A stretch of DNA of 61,648 bases, the filler included, from Hausera hauseri (taxonomy: Eukaryota), in assembly GCA_046269625.1 (NCBI GenBank). It is 11 parts of 11 records of this genome, joined end to end, with 100 filler letters (N's around TTAATTAATTAA, not from the genome) between each part and the next. Parts side by side here need not be neighbours in the genome. Positions count along the whole stretch, not along the records: positions 35,323 to 42,744 come from JBJURY010015232.1; positions 42,845 to 47,247 come from JBJURY010599000.1; 9 more parts are not named here. One strand, given 5' to 3'. Numbering within the stretch: position 1 is the first letter of the stretch; every line of letters starts with the position of its first letter. Position numbers and translations under genes: made by a program. Positions 36,720 to 47,347 of this stretch are shown here, piece by piece. The notes beneath the pieces are model-generated. The model worked only from the letters and a program-made list of their open reading frames with translations. It did not search any database and was not told the DNA's origin.

Positions 36720-39700
36720 TGATGACAGAACCTACAGTCGAGTTAAAGCCTTTACCATTACCACAAGTTTGTTGACTCAGTGTGTCACGCACAGAAATTA
36801 CACTTATCCCGCTGACCAAAGACGTTTTAATGTTGTCGTTGATAAAACCGTAATGCATATGTTTGCTAAAATTGCTTTTGACCCGTGGGATATTGATTTA
36901 AAACTTAGTCCGACTATAATATTGGTTGGGATACATTCCACAATAAGACTGGTAAGAGGTCAGTTCAAGCTCCAGTTTTTCTATTAGTACAAAGTTCACT
37001 CAATATATTAGCTTCGTTAATTCGACTAAGGGCAAAAGTGAATACCACGATTCGTCTAGTAGAAACTTCGCTGCGGCAATCAAGTGTTTCAAAAATAAGT
37101 TTAACATTTTGCCTCAGAGATACATTACCGACCGTGATGACGTTGGCGAATCTCAGTCGTATTTTATCAAACTGCATGCGGCGAACTTGGTCACCCCGAA
37201 GTTTGGGACCCGCCGCGGCGAGGCAGAAGTGCCGGCCGCCAACCCTAAGCCATTGGGTCAGACGGCACCGCTCGATGCCGCCCCACGACACGCCCCCGGC
37301 CACACGACCTTCCTGTATTTCCTTTTCTTTTTTCTAAATAACAAACACATTTGCACAAATGCAGTTATACACTTAAGCACTGCTGCCATCTACAACATCA
37401 TCTCCACTTTTCTTCTCTCACCTGACCTTTACCTCACGAATCACGGCTCCACGGTACCTCTCGTTGGAACCCTACAATATTCTTCATCCTATATCTATCT
37501 TCACATACACTTCCGCATCCGTGGTGGTATGGATTCATCACCCACTCTTGATACCACGGACAAACCCACAAACCACCGATCTCCAGCACTTACCTACCAA
37601 AACAAAGTGCTTCAAACAACCCGACACAGCACACACTCCCCACTCATTCACCTTGAACAGAATAATTCCTGGACAGCCAAAATTCTACCCAAACATGGCT
37701 AGAACTTCATCAGTTCTGTTTCCAATCACAAAACGTCGTCGACCCCTTATCCAAAGCCAACAGCCTATGTTTTCATTTACCTGCTTCTATCAAAACCAAA
37801 ATTACAAACATCATCGACATCCTTCATCACACCTATCCATATGCTCAACTTTATAATGCCGTTCTTAAGCTCACTGAGCCGTCAATTGATTTTATCATTC
37901 AAAGGTTCTTCAATGACAACGCCATGGGCTTATAGAACCCTTCTGAATTCTTGCGCACATCTTTGACTCACCTCAATACCCTTGGCGTAACATCTGAGCA
38001 TAGTCTAGAACTTCTTCATCGGTACTTTTTAAACGCATTGCCCTTTCAAATAAGAGCTTTGCTCACTGTGGTCGAAGACTTTACGGCACTGGAAAAGTTA
38101 GCCGAACTGGCGGACAAAGCCCATGAAGTGCTGCACTCACACATAGCACCAGCTGTTTCTGCGGCATTAACAACAAACCATTAACAACAAAATGCATTGC
38201 TGCAGCAACAAATTGCGCAATTACGCTCAGACAACAAAATGTTGCAAAAAACAATCATAACATAAACGAGAAATTAAAATAGTTAACGTTGCCTTGACGA
38301 AATTTATCTAGGGCTGCTTCCCCTAATGTATTTCATCAACGACGAAGACGGTCGCCGTCGCTTGCGCGATCGTCTATTTGCTGCTATCACAACAAATTTG
38401 GTAAAAATGCTCAGAAATGCTGCATCGGTTGTAAATTTTACTCCCTCGACTTTAATACAAACAAAATCGTTTGCATCTATCATGCAAAATTTGGAACAAA
38501 AGCACAAAAATACATACCTGGCTGTAACTACAACACGCACAATAAAATCAACACTACTAAACCCACACAAAATAGTAGGCCAAACTTACAAGCTACAAAA
38601 AACTGATTTCTCCGCTAGGACACACGGCAAGTTCTAGCAAAGGCAACAGCCTACAAAAAGATAGTCGACACATTTCTTTTGCTGTATTCACGTTGGAAGC
38701 GGCAGTCGTCACTTCAAGTAATCAAAACATTAATTTTCTCATAGACACCGGCGCAGCAATCTTTTTACTACCACCAACACAGCACATCCAAAACAATTTC
38801 ACTTCAAAAAAGCCACTGTTCACTGAGTCCGATGAACCTTTACAAACTTTTGGTGTTACTAAATTAACTTTTACACTTTCAAATTTCCAAACACTTTCAC
38901 TTAGAAATTTACAGTAGCCAATGTACGCACACCTATATTGGGTTCAGACTTTCTGTCCCACTACAATTTACATGTAGACAGCAAACGATGTTCCTTAAAG
39001 AGCGGAAGTAATTTTAATCAATTTAGCAGCATTTCGGTGACCTCCCGGGCGATCGCTTCCAAAAAGTCAATACTAAAGAAAACGACTTCCGATTTGAATT
39101 ATTTTTATAATCATTCATTATATAGAGATTTTTATTACGGCAACAAATACGATAATGCCAACTGCGTGGCGCCTATTACTGATAGTACATCTGCCAACAC
39201 CATCTTCAGAACGAACATCCTGCACCTAATACCACCTTGTCACAACACCTCGTCTACAACTCATACTTCAACTGCATCCAGTCACGATGCATCGATACCA
39301 TATGAAAACTTTTCATCTTTTCCCTCTGACTTACAGCAATATGTTTTGTCTTCCTGCACTCGTTTGTCACAAAAAAAACAAATCATTCGTACCACCTAAA
39401 TCCACCTTCCATCACATAGTAACAGCACATCAATGACCAATACATCAAAAGGTCCGCCCACTGTCGCCTCGCCACAGACAGGCAGTGGAGGCTGAGTTTC
39501 TCGAACTGGAAAAATCAGAAGATCCAAATCCCCTTGGTTTTCACCACTACATGTGATTCCAAAAAAGATGGTACCTTTCGCCCTTGCGGTGATTACCGCC
39601 AACTCAACACTATAACAATAACGGATGCCTACCCTCTGCCATTAATCAACGATATCCTTCACATGCTCCATGGTTCGACCATCTTTTTCTGAATTTATTT

Positions 39701-42700
39701 GCACAAAGCATACCACCAAATTCCGGTGGTCCCAGCAGACATTCCGAAAATGGCTGTTATTACACCTTTCTGCCTTTTCGAATATCTTTTCATGCATTTT
39801 GGACTCCGTTGCGTCTTCCATACCTTCCAAAGGCATACTTATACAGTTTTCTCACGTTTAGACTTTGCTTATCTCTATATAGATTATATGCTAATTGCAT
39901 CATTTTCCTCGAAACAACACTCCGAGCACTTACGCTTAATCTGCCGGTGTTTGCACCAAAACAATTTGCAAATTAATTTCTCCAAATGCTCATTTTTTCA
40001 ACATAAAGTCAACTTCCTAGGACATGTTATTAGCTCCTTCGGACAATCACCTCAGCCAGAGCGCATCACATAGCTCAGAAACATACAGCTACCACGTACA
40101 TCAACAGAGATGCATTCTTTCCTCGGAACCTTGCACTTTATTCACAAGTATATTCCACACTGCTCCACTCTAGCCGCTCCCTTTGCATTATTAATCTCTG
40201 GCAAGAAAAAACAACCTATTTAATGGACCACCAAGCTATTCAACGATTTCGATCACCTCAAAGATAGTCTAAAAACCGTGGAAATCCTGGCCTATCCCGA
40301 CTCCCATGCAGAACTCTTCTTAATCATGGATGTATCCACAACAGCTGCAGATGCTGTCCTCCATCAATTTAAAAATTGATACCATGAGCCATTAGAATTC
40401 TTTTCTCGAAAATTCACGGCACAAGAGCAAAAATATTCCACCTTTGACAGAGAGCAGCTTGCAATGGTCCTTGCCGTATAACACTCTAAGCATCTGCTAA
40501 CTGCATGAACCTTTACAATACAAACGGACCACAATCCCTTGCTTCAAATTCTTACCATAAAATCGCCTTCGCCACGTCAGGAGAGGCAAATATAGTATTT
40601 GTCCACATTCAATTTTGAAATTAAGCACTTAAACGGAGTCGACAATTTGGTAGCTGACTTTTTGTCCCGATCGGTCAGCTCGATTGATTTTACACCAATT
40701 TTCCCTCAGTCCAGACTTCGGCAAAACCAGCCACTTCCTGACATCCTTAAATCTTTTAAATCGTGCAAAACCATCGTCGGTGTGGCCTTTGACACCTCCA
40801 AACCTAATAATCTTAAAATAATCCTTTCCGAATCGCTTCAAAAAGAAGGATTCAACAACATCCATTCGCTTCATCATCCCGGTGCCAAGGCCACCTTTCG
40901 ACTCTTACAACACCAAGTAGTATGGCCGTCGATGCGCTCTGACGTGTAGGCATGGGTTAGGCAGTGTGTGGCATGCCAAAAATACAAAGTTACTAAGCAT
41001 TTAAAGCCACCATTATATCATTTTCCATTCACGTCTCGTTTTGAATCTGTTCACATTGACCTAGTAGGCCCACTACCTATAGACAACGGCCATCAGTTCA
41101 TTCTCACTATGATGGACCGTTCCTCGCGATGGCCAGGGCTATCCCGCTTCGGAGCACCAACACAGAAACAATCGCAGACGTTTTCAACCGCACTTAGATT
41201 AGCAGTTTTGGATCACCTCGCCACATCAATTCGGACCAAGGCCCACAGTTTAAATCAAACCTGTTTAAAGCTCTTGTCAATCGATTGGGAATTAACCATA
41301 TGCACGTCACCATATCATCCTCAATCAAATGGCCTTCTCGAACGCTTTCATCGAACGATGAAAACTTCTCTTAAAATCCTTGCTGAGTCCAATCGCAGTT
41401 GGACCACACTCCTTCCGTACGTTCTGCTTGGATAGATGAACACACCATCTACTTCTACAGGCTGTTCATCTTCATAAGCATTATTTGGTACTTAAATCAG
41501 ACAATTATTCGAGCTGGCTGAGCTGGATAATATTCCTACACACAAAACTATACAAGTGGCCCAGAGACACTTTGTTGCGATCAGCAAGGACTCATTTTGT
41601 AGACTGTTATACGGCAATAAACCCTACATACCTGATGATTAAATACTGCTAAGTTCGTATGGCTAAAGAATCAGACGCCATGTGGTTTTTAACCTCAGTA
41701 TATTGGCCATTACAAAGTAATTCCTTTACACTCCCGCAACATCATCATCCTCAAGGACGACAAAGAAGTGACAGTCCACATCAACAACGCTAAGCCGACC
41801 TTCTTCGTTGACGATACGTCCCCCATTGAGACCATTTCTCCACCAACATCTTTATGCGACACGCAGCAATCTAAAAATTCACTCCCTATTTCTGTTCAAT
41901 CCTTTAATCCAATTTCCCCTACGTTTTCTCTCAATCCTTCTACTCCAACTTTTTCTGACAGTTCAGCCTCTTTTTCCCCATCCGATTCTGCACTTTCAAG
42001 CCTCTTAACACTTCCTTCGTCCACTGGTGACAACCTGATTTCCTCACCTACGAGACTTTCTCCGCCAATCACCACTTCTACTTCACCAATCTCTCCATCT
42101 ATGCATTTCATCATTCCAACCTCTTGCATGCCACCTTCCAACTCCTCTCCTTCATCTTCTTCATCTTCTTACTCTCTTCCATCTTGCACCTCTTCAGCGT
42201 CCCCTCTCTCTCCCTCTTTCTCCTTCCATACCTTTGTCATCTCCGGCGTCCTCTTTCTTCCTTCTTCCTATCACACCATCTTCTACTCCTCTCATTTCCA
42301 CTTAGCAACTTCTGTCTATCTCAAACTCTAGTCCCTCTTATCCTTCGTCTCATCCTCCTTTGGCACCTTTTACTTCTTCACTTCGACCTTCACCTAACAC
42401 AATCCCAAAACCAACATCGATTTTACACCAAAATCAGCTGCAAACAAACAAACAAACCACGTATACGAGCAAGCAAAACAGCAAGATTCAAACAGTCCAC
42501 TTTTAAATATACCTTCACCCTTTCGCGCTTCTGCTCCTCCTTTTGTGCTGCTTTACAGTTCTTCAACTCAGCTACGGGGAGGGGTGATGTGGATACCAAT
42601 GTGGTCAAGAAAAGATCAATCTATATTTTGGACTTTCAATGCTAAAATTTGAAAACTTACATCCACATTTAAACTTTCGATATTTGTTAAGAATTGCACA

Positions 42701-42744
42701 ATATCCATCGAACCACAGTAAAGGATATCACAAACAAAATCGCA
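36720..42744 (+). mobile_element. Ty3/Gypsy clade A copy 4, near full length, degenerate
   Basis: UBL-gag 37310-38606; PR FLIDTGA; RT, RH and IN; Ser-rich tail; PPT ggggagggg followed by TGATG at 42585. Confidence 0.92.
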
Positions 42745-42846
42745 NNNNNNNNNNNNNNNNNNNNNNNNNNNNNNNNNNNNNNNNNNNNTTAATTAATTAA
42801 NNNNNNNNNNNNNNNNNNNNNNNNNNNNNNNNNNNNNNNNNNNNCT

Positions 42847-43639
42847 GATAAACATCTCCGAGTTTGCTGTAACGCCTCACGAGGAAGAACCTACGACTTG
42901 AAATTTAGGCTAGTACGCAAGGATTTAGAAAGCATCAAAACTTTAACTCACCAAGGGCCTAGAACATATGTTCCACTGAAAAATGTCGTTGAATACGAAG
43001 ATGACCAGCAACTAAGTGTCATGACACCTTTTGCGAAATCTTAACTATCCGATTAAACAAAAATAAATGCTACAGAAATGACGGTTCTTATTCAACCTCA
43101 CGCATTATATCATCGTTATAAACGCTCTATCTTAGAAAAGGCTACAATATCTTTCACGTCCACCTTCTTGGTTATCGCTATTCAACCCTATTTAAATCTT
43201 TATAAAGTTAAATTTACTTGTAAGTTAGGCCAAAAGATTATGGCAAAAGGCAGTTACGCCAGACGATACGGTAGTGCCATGTGCCGATCTAAATCCAAAT
43301 ACAAAGTATACGGTTACATTGCAACTATGTGGCAACGATAATAAGATAATTGCTACCAGATTACTGACAGCATCGACCAAATTTAAAGTATCACAAAAGA
43401 TAGAATATGAAAAGATAAGTATAAGATCAAGACAAAATCTACCGTTATCGAAAGCAAGTTATACCTACTCCCGAATGGAAATAATTATAACGAGTATTCC
43501 ATGCCCTCTAATCTTACTCATGGTATTAGTACTTATAATAAAGATAATAGTTCATATACGAAAGCGCCGCAGACCAAATTGGGTGAGAATCGATATGCGA
43601 CGCATATCAAATATCTTGGATACTGATAATCCAAGTTGA
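42847..43639 (+). pseudogene. type I membrane protein with FN3-like motif
   Basis: DLNPNTKYTVTL FN3 signature, hydrophobic TM segment and RKRRR stop-transfer; two stops and one frameshift. Confidence 0.5.
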
Positions 43640-43837
43640 CGGTTACTACCCAGAATCGCCATTAAAGCGATTCAACAAATTAGGATAACTAAATGTCACC
43701 TAGTTACCCCCTTAAATAATAAAAAGGAAACCTCGACTATTACGTCACATGAGTATACAATAAACGTTGTGTTGGCATTAAGTTTTTTATCTATTCGATA
43801 GACTGATTTTATTACAATGTCTAAAGAAATTTAATCA

Positions 43838-44611
43838 GTGGCCCGTAGCAAGAATTGGTATGAAAACGCAAAGACTCATTTACTCAACGCAAATTCATCG
43901 AATCAATATCATGTGATCATAAAGAACAACACGTACAGTTTGAACTATTCCATGGTTCAACAAATCCCTAATAATTTAAAGGGGTATTCACAAAATAACA
44001 GGTCACTGGCCTTAGTACAAATGACGAAGGCAACTTCATTCTTCATCGAAGATCTTCTAAGCTTTCCAGAAAAATTTCATAGTCTCAACATCTATAACAT
44101 CACTGGACAATTTCAACTCAAAACAAAGGATAACAAAACACAACAGCAAGACGAACTGATAAACCTAGATCCAAATCATGTCATAAATTTAGAATACCAA
44201 TTCGTAAAGAAAAATTCAATTAAAGTCCGCTCCTTAGTCAACAGAATTATGTTTGGGATTGAGGTTCTAAAATCAGAAAACATTTGGTTGTTACCGCCAC
44301 CAGGAAAGATGTTTAATCTTGTAGAATCTGACTATTTGAAATACGTTACAAAGTCTTACCGACTTGCATTGACAATAAATAACGAAGATATAGTGATAGC
44401 AGTTGTCAATCTCGCCTACGATAAACAAAATCAATTAACCCCATTAGAATGTTCGATAATCAACCTACGAGGAGATACGTTGTTCTACGCAATCATTACG
44501 CCTAGACAACGGATTAACAATTTCGACATCCACCTCACAGGATTATCTGAGTCGAACATAAACAATCAAATGGATTCGAATGTCTTCCATCAGAAGGTCA
44601 CAGAGATTTAA
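43838..44611 (+). CDS. hypothetical protein, 257 aa
   Basis: Long intronless ORF in AT-rich DNA; no motif recognised. Confidence 0.4.
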   Translation: MARSKNWYENAKTHLLNANSSNQYHVIIKNNTYSLNYSMVQQIPNNLKGYSQNNRSLALVQMTKATSFFIEDLLSFPEKFHSLNIYNITGQFQLKTKDNKTQQQDELINLDPNHVINLEYQFVKKNSIKVRSLVNRIMFGIEVLKSENIWLLPPPGKMFNLVESDYLKYVTKSYRLALTINNEDIVIAVVNLAYDKQNQLTPLECSIINLRGDTLFYAIITPRQRINNFDIHLTGLSESNINNQMDSNVFHQKVTEI

Positions 44612-45788
44612 AACGATAAGATGGTCGTTTGAGCCGCTGTAATAAACATGCTAACTAAATACTTAAAATGTCCACTGAGACGGATTATAGGGATTCGTGA
44701 CATTCTTTATCACAAATCCGTAATCCAGAAATACAAATGGGACAACCCAACATACAAAGATTTGGCTAAACGATTTTACGACATGCGTGGCATGCCTTTA
44801 CAAAGCACAGCATTGGTACAATGTTATAAATCAATATACAACACACTGTGATGGGATAATACAATTATTAATGAAGATACGGCCTCCGACCAGGTCCTAA
44901 AAAGACCACGGGAAATATCCCAACGAAAAAGACGAGTAGAGATTGAAGAAGAGATATTAATGGATAGAGAGATATTCATACCAGATCATCTCAGATATAA
45001 AGCTCCTTCCGGAAAGACAATATTTTGTGCATTACCAACCAATCAGAAAAATTCGGGTCAATTTTCTTTAGACCCCCATCGTACTGATCGATCTAGAAAA
45101 TAAACAAAAGCAAATCAAACAAAAGTGAATTACCTACTCCAAACTGCTCCTGCAAAAACAATAATAAAAACATAAAGTGATTAATATTCACTCACTGTAA
45201 TTGATCGACAAATAATTTTAATGATGGCTTGATTTATGAAGTTGACTTTAGTAGAATTTTGTTTGCTTTATACAATTAGTTATTTGTAAAGGTTGTAATA
45301 TTAAACTATATATATTTAATTGAACATAAAGATTTTAGAATATGCGATTCGATTGTATTTTATGTTTACGAGTAAGAGTGTCTTGATTTTGATATAATAT
45401 TTTTACACCGGTTATCATTTACGTGAATTATTGCAATTATAGTTTCTGTGATCGTTATCTTCATATATCAATTCTTAAGTAAATCAAAGTAAATAACTAA
45501 TTGGTGTGGATTTTTTACCGTCCAGATTGAACCAACCTGACGGAAACATCTAAGTAATTTGAGTGCTAAATAATACCTTAAGATCAATTCAATAAATCTA
45601 AGTCCCCACAGGCGACTACTGCCCAACACATTACTCATAAGCTAGTGTTAGGTAAGGTCAATATATCTATCACCTCCTATTCATAGCACCGACACCTCAC
45701 TAACTACGTAAACTTGTTCTCTCCACTAATTTGATTAACGCTTTATTAATAAGTCTCTCGCGACACAAATTGTTGAAGATTGAACAAC

Positions 45789-45807
45789 TGGTGCCGTGAC
45801 CTGGGAT
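45789..45807 (+). promoter_or_regulatory. primer-binding site, tRNA-His type
   Basis: TGGTGCCGTGAC is complementary to the tRNA-His 3' end; lies 2 nt after ...TTGAACA (LTR end) and upstream of gag. Confidence 0.8.
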
Positions 45808-45945
45808 AAACTCGCATTTGATACCTTTTAAAAGCTTAGCTTTGAAAGAAGCAAAATTAGCACTAGGAAAGGCACTAAGTATCAAGAAGATAACGAATCG
45901 CATTACGGTCTAGAGTATTTAGATAATTTGTCAGATGAAAACGAC

Positions 45946-47247
45946 ATGGCCCACCATAATACAAATGTTGTAGAGCAATATGTGCCGGCAAAGGCTAACT
46001 ATACCCTACCCATGAAAAAGTTCAGTGGCAAAGAAGATGGTAAGAATTTTATGATGGAGTACGAAGTGTACTCAAGAAGTTTTGGATGGAATGACCAACA
46101 ACGTATGGAAAGATTGCCTCTTCACTTAAAGGGAACAGCCCTAACAATTTATTTCTAGATGACAGAAGATGATAAGAAGAACTGGAAGTCCATTAAGGAT
46201 AAGTTGCCGCAGAAGTTTTTAGTTGATCCCTCTGGAAAGGGGAGAATAGAAGAATTTATCAGAAGACGGCAACGCAAAAATGAGTCAGTCCAACATTAAG
46301 TATGTGCACTGGAAAAATTGGCAACACAAGCATACTCTGAATCAATGATAAGAAACAACACCTTGTTGGTTCAATTCCAATACGGATTGGAAGGGAAGTT
46401 GAGGGCAGGCTGACTTACCTACGTTCCAAGAAGCTATAAAAAAGCTCGTACAGCTGAACGGGATATGGAACTATATAGACGGAACAAGTCCAAAAGTTGT
46501 GAAGATAAACAAGATAAAAGGAAGAATAATAGTACGCAAAAATATCAGCGGTACAATAGGAACCGGAGCCCATCTCAAATCTCAGCTACAAAAGCAGAAT
46601 CAGATATTTAAGAAAAGGTCAGATTCAAGCTAAAGAATGATGAAGAAAAGTCGAACTATAAAAGGAAGTCGTCTATGAAGGATGCAAGGGCATTGCCTAA
46701 CATAGATTTAGAAGGAAGGTTGAAGTGCCTTAACTGCAATAAATACGGTCATATAGCAAAAACATGCAAGTCACGAAAAAGAGATTCTTTAAAGTCTGAT
46801 AATAGTAAACAGAAAAAGAAGAAGGATTATACATCAGCTACTTCGGATGAGTCATCTGATAAAGAATATGAAACAGAAGATAGCGAGCATGAAAAGAAAG
46901 ATAAAAAAAAAGAAAGTGTAAATTATGTTAACGAAATATTGTCCCAACGAATGAAAAAGCAGTTAGCTATGGAATTAAATGACTAGAATTCAACAAAAAC
47001 GATTACGAGAAAATAGCATTTACGTAACGGAAGAAAAGTCCAAAGGACGAAAACCTGGTCAAGGAAGAAAGAAAGGTAACAAAAAGATAATAGAAGTGGA
47101 ATCCAGAAAAACTTCTGTAGAAAAAAGTGACGTAGAACAAAAAGGAAATGGAAGAAAGAAAAGTAAATCCGGTGAGTCAACTCCAGAGGAAAGTGAGAAA
47201 GAAACTCAACCCACAAAGATTTTTGATGAAACTGTTATCGAACAAGT
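45946..47247 (+). mobile_element. Ty3/Gypsy clade B gag with CCHC knuckle
   Basis: KFSGKED...GWNDQQ...LHLKGTA...RRQRKNESV; CLNCNKYGHIAKTC; long Lys/Glu-rich tail; stops. Confidence 0.85.
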
Positions 47248-47347
47248 NNNNNNNNNNNNNNNNNNNNNNNNNNNNNNNNNNNNNNNNNNNNTTAATTAAT
47301 TAANNNNNNNNNNNNNNNNNNNNNNNNNNNNNNNNNNNNNNNNNNNN

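Noticed and set aside
37188-37202. tRNA-Trp PBS (tggtcaccccgaagt versus TGGTGACCCCGACGT)
   Set aside because: Two mismatches, no preceding CA and no equivalent in copies 2, 5 or 6, so left unassigned. If real, it would move the LTR end upstream of the GC-rich block.
37200-37305. GC-rich blocks (also 11605-11703, 55170-55305) as HDV-like or other ribozymes
   Set aside because: I could not fit a known ribozyme core by eye.
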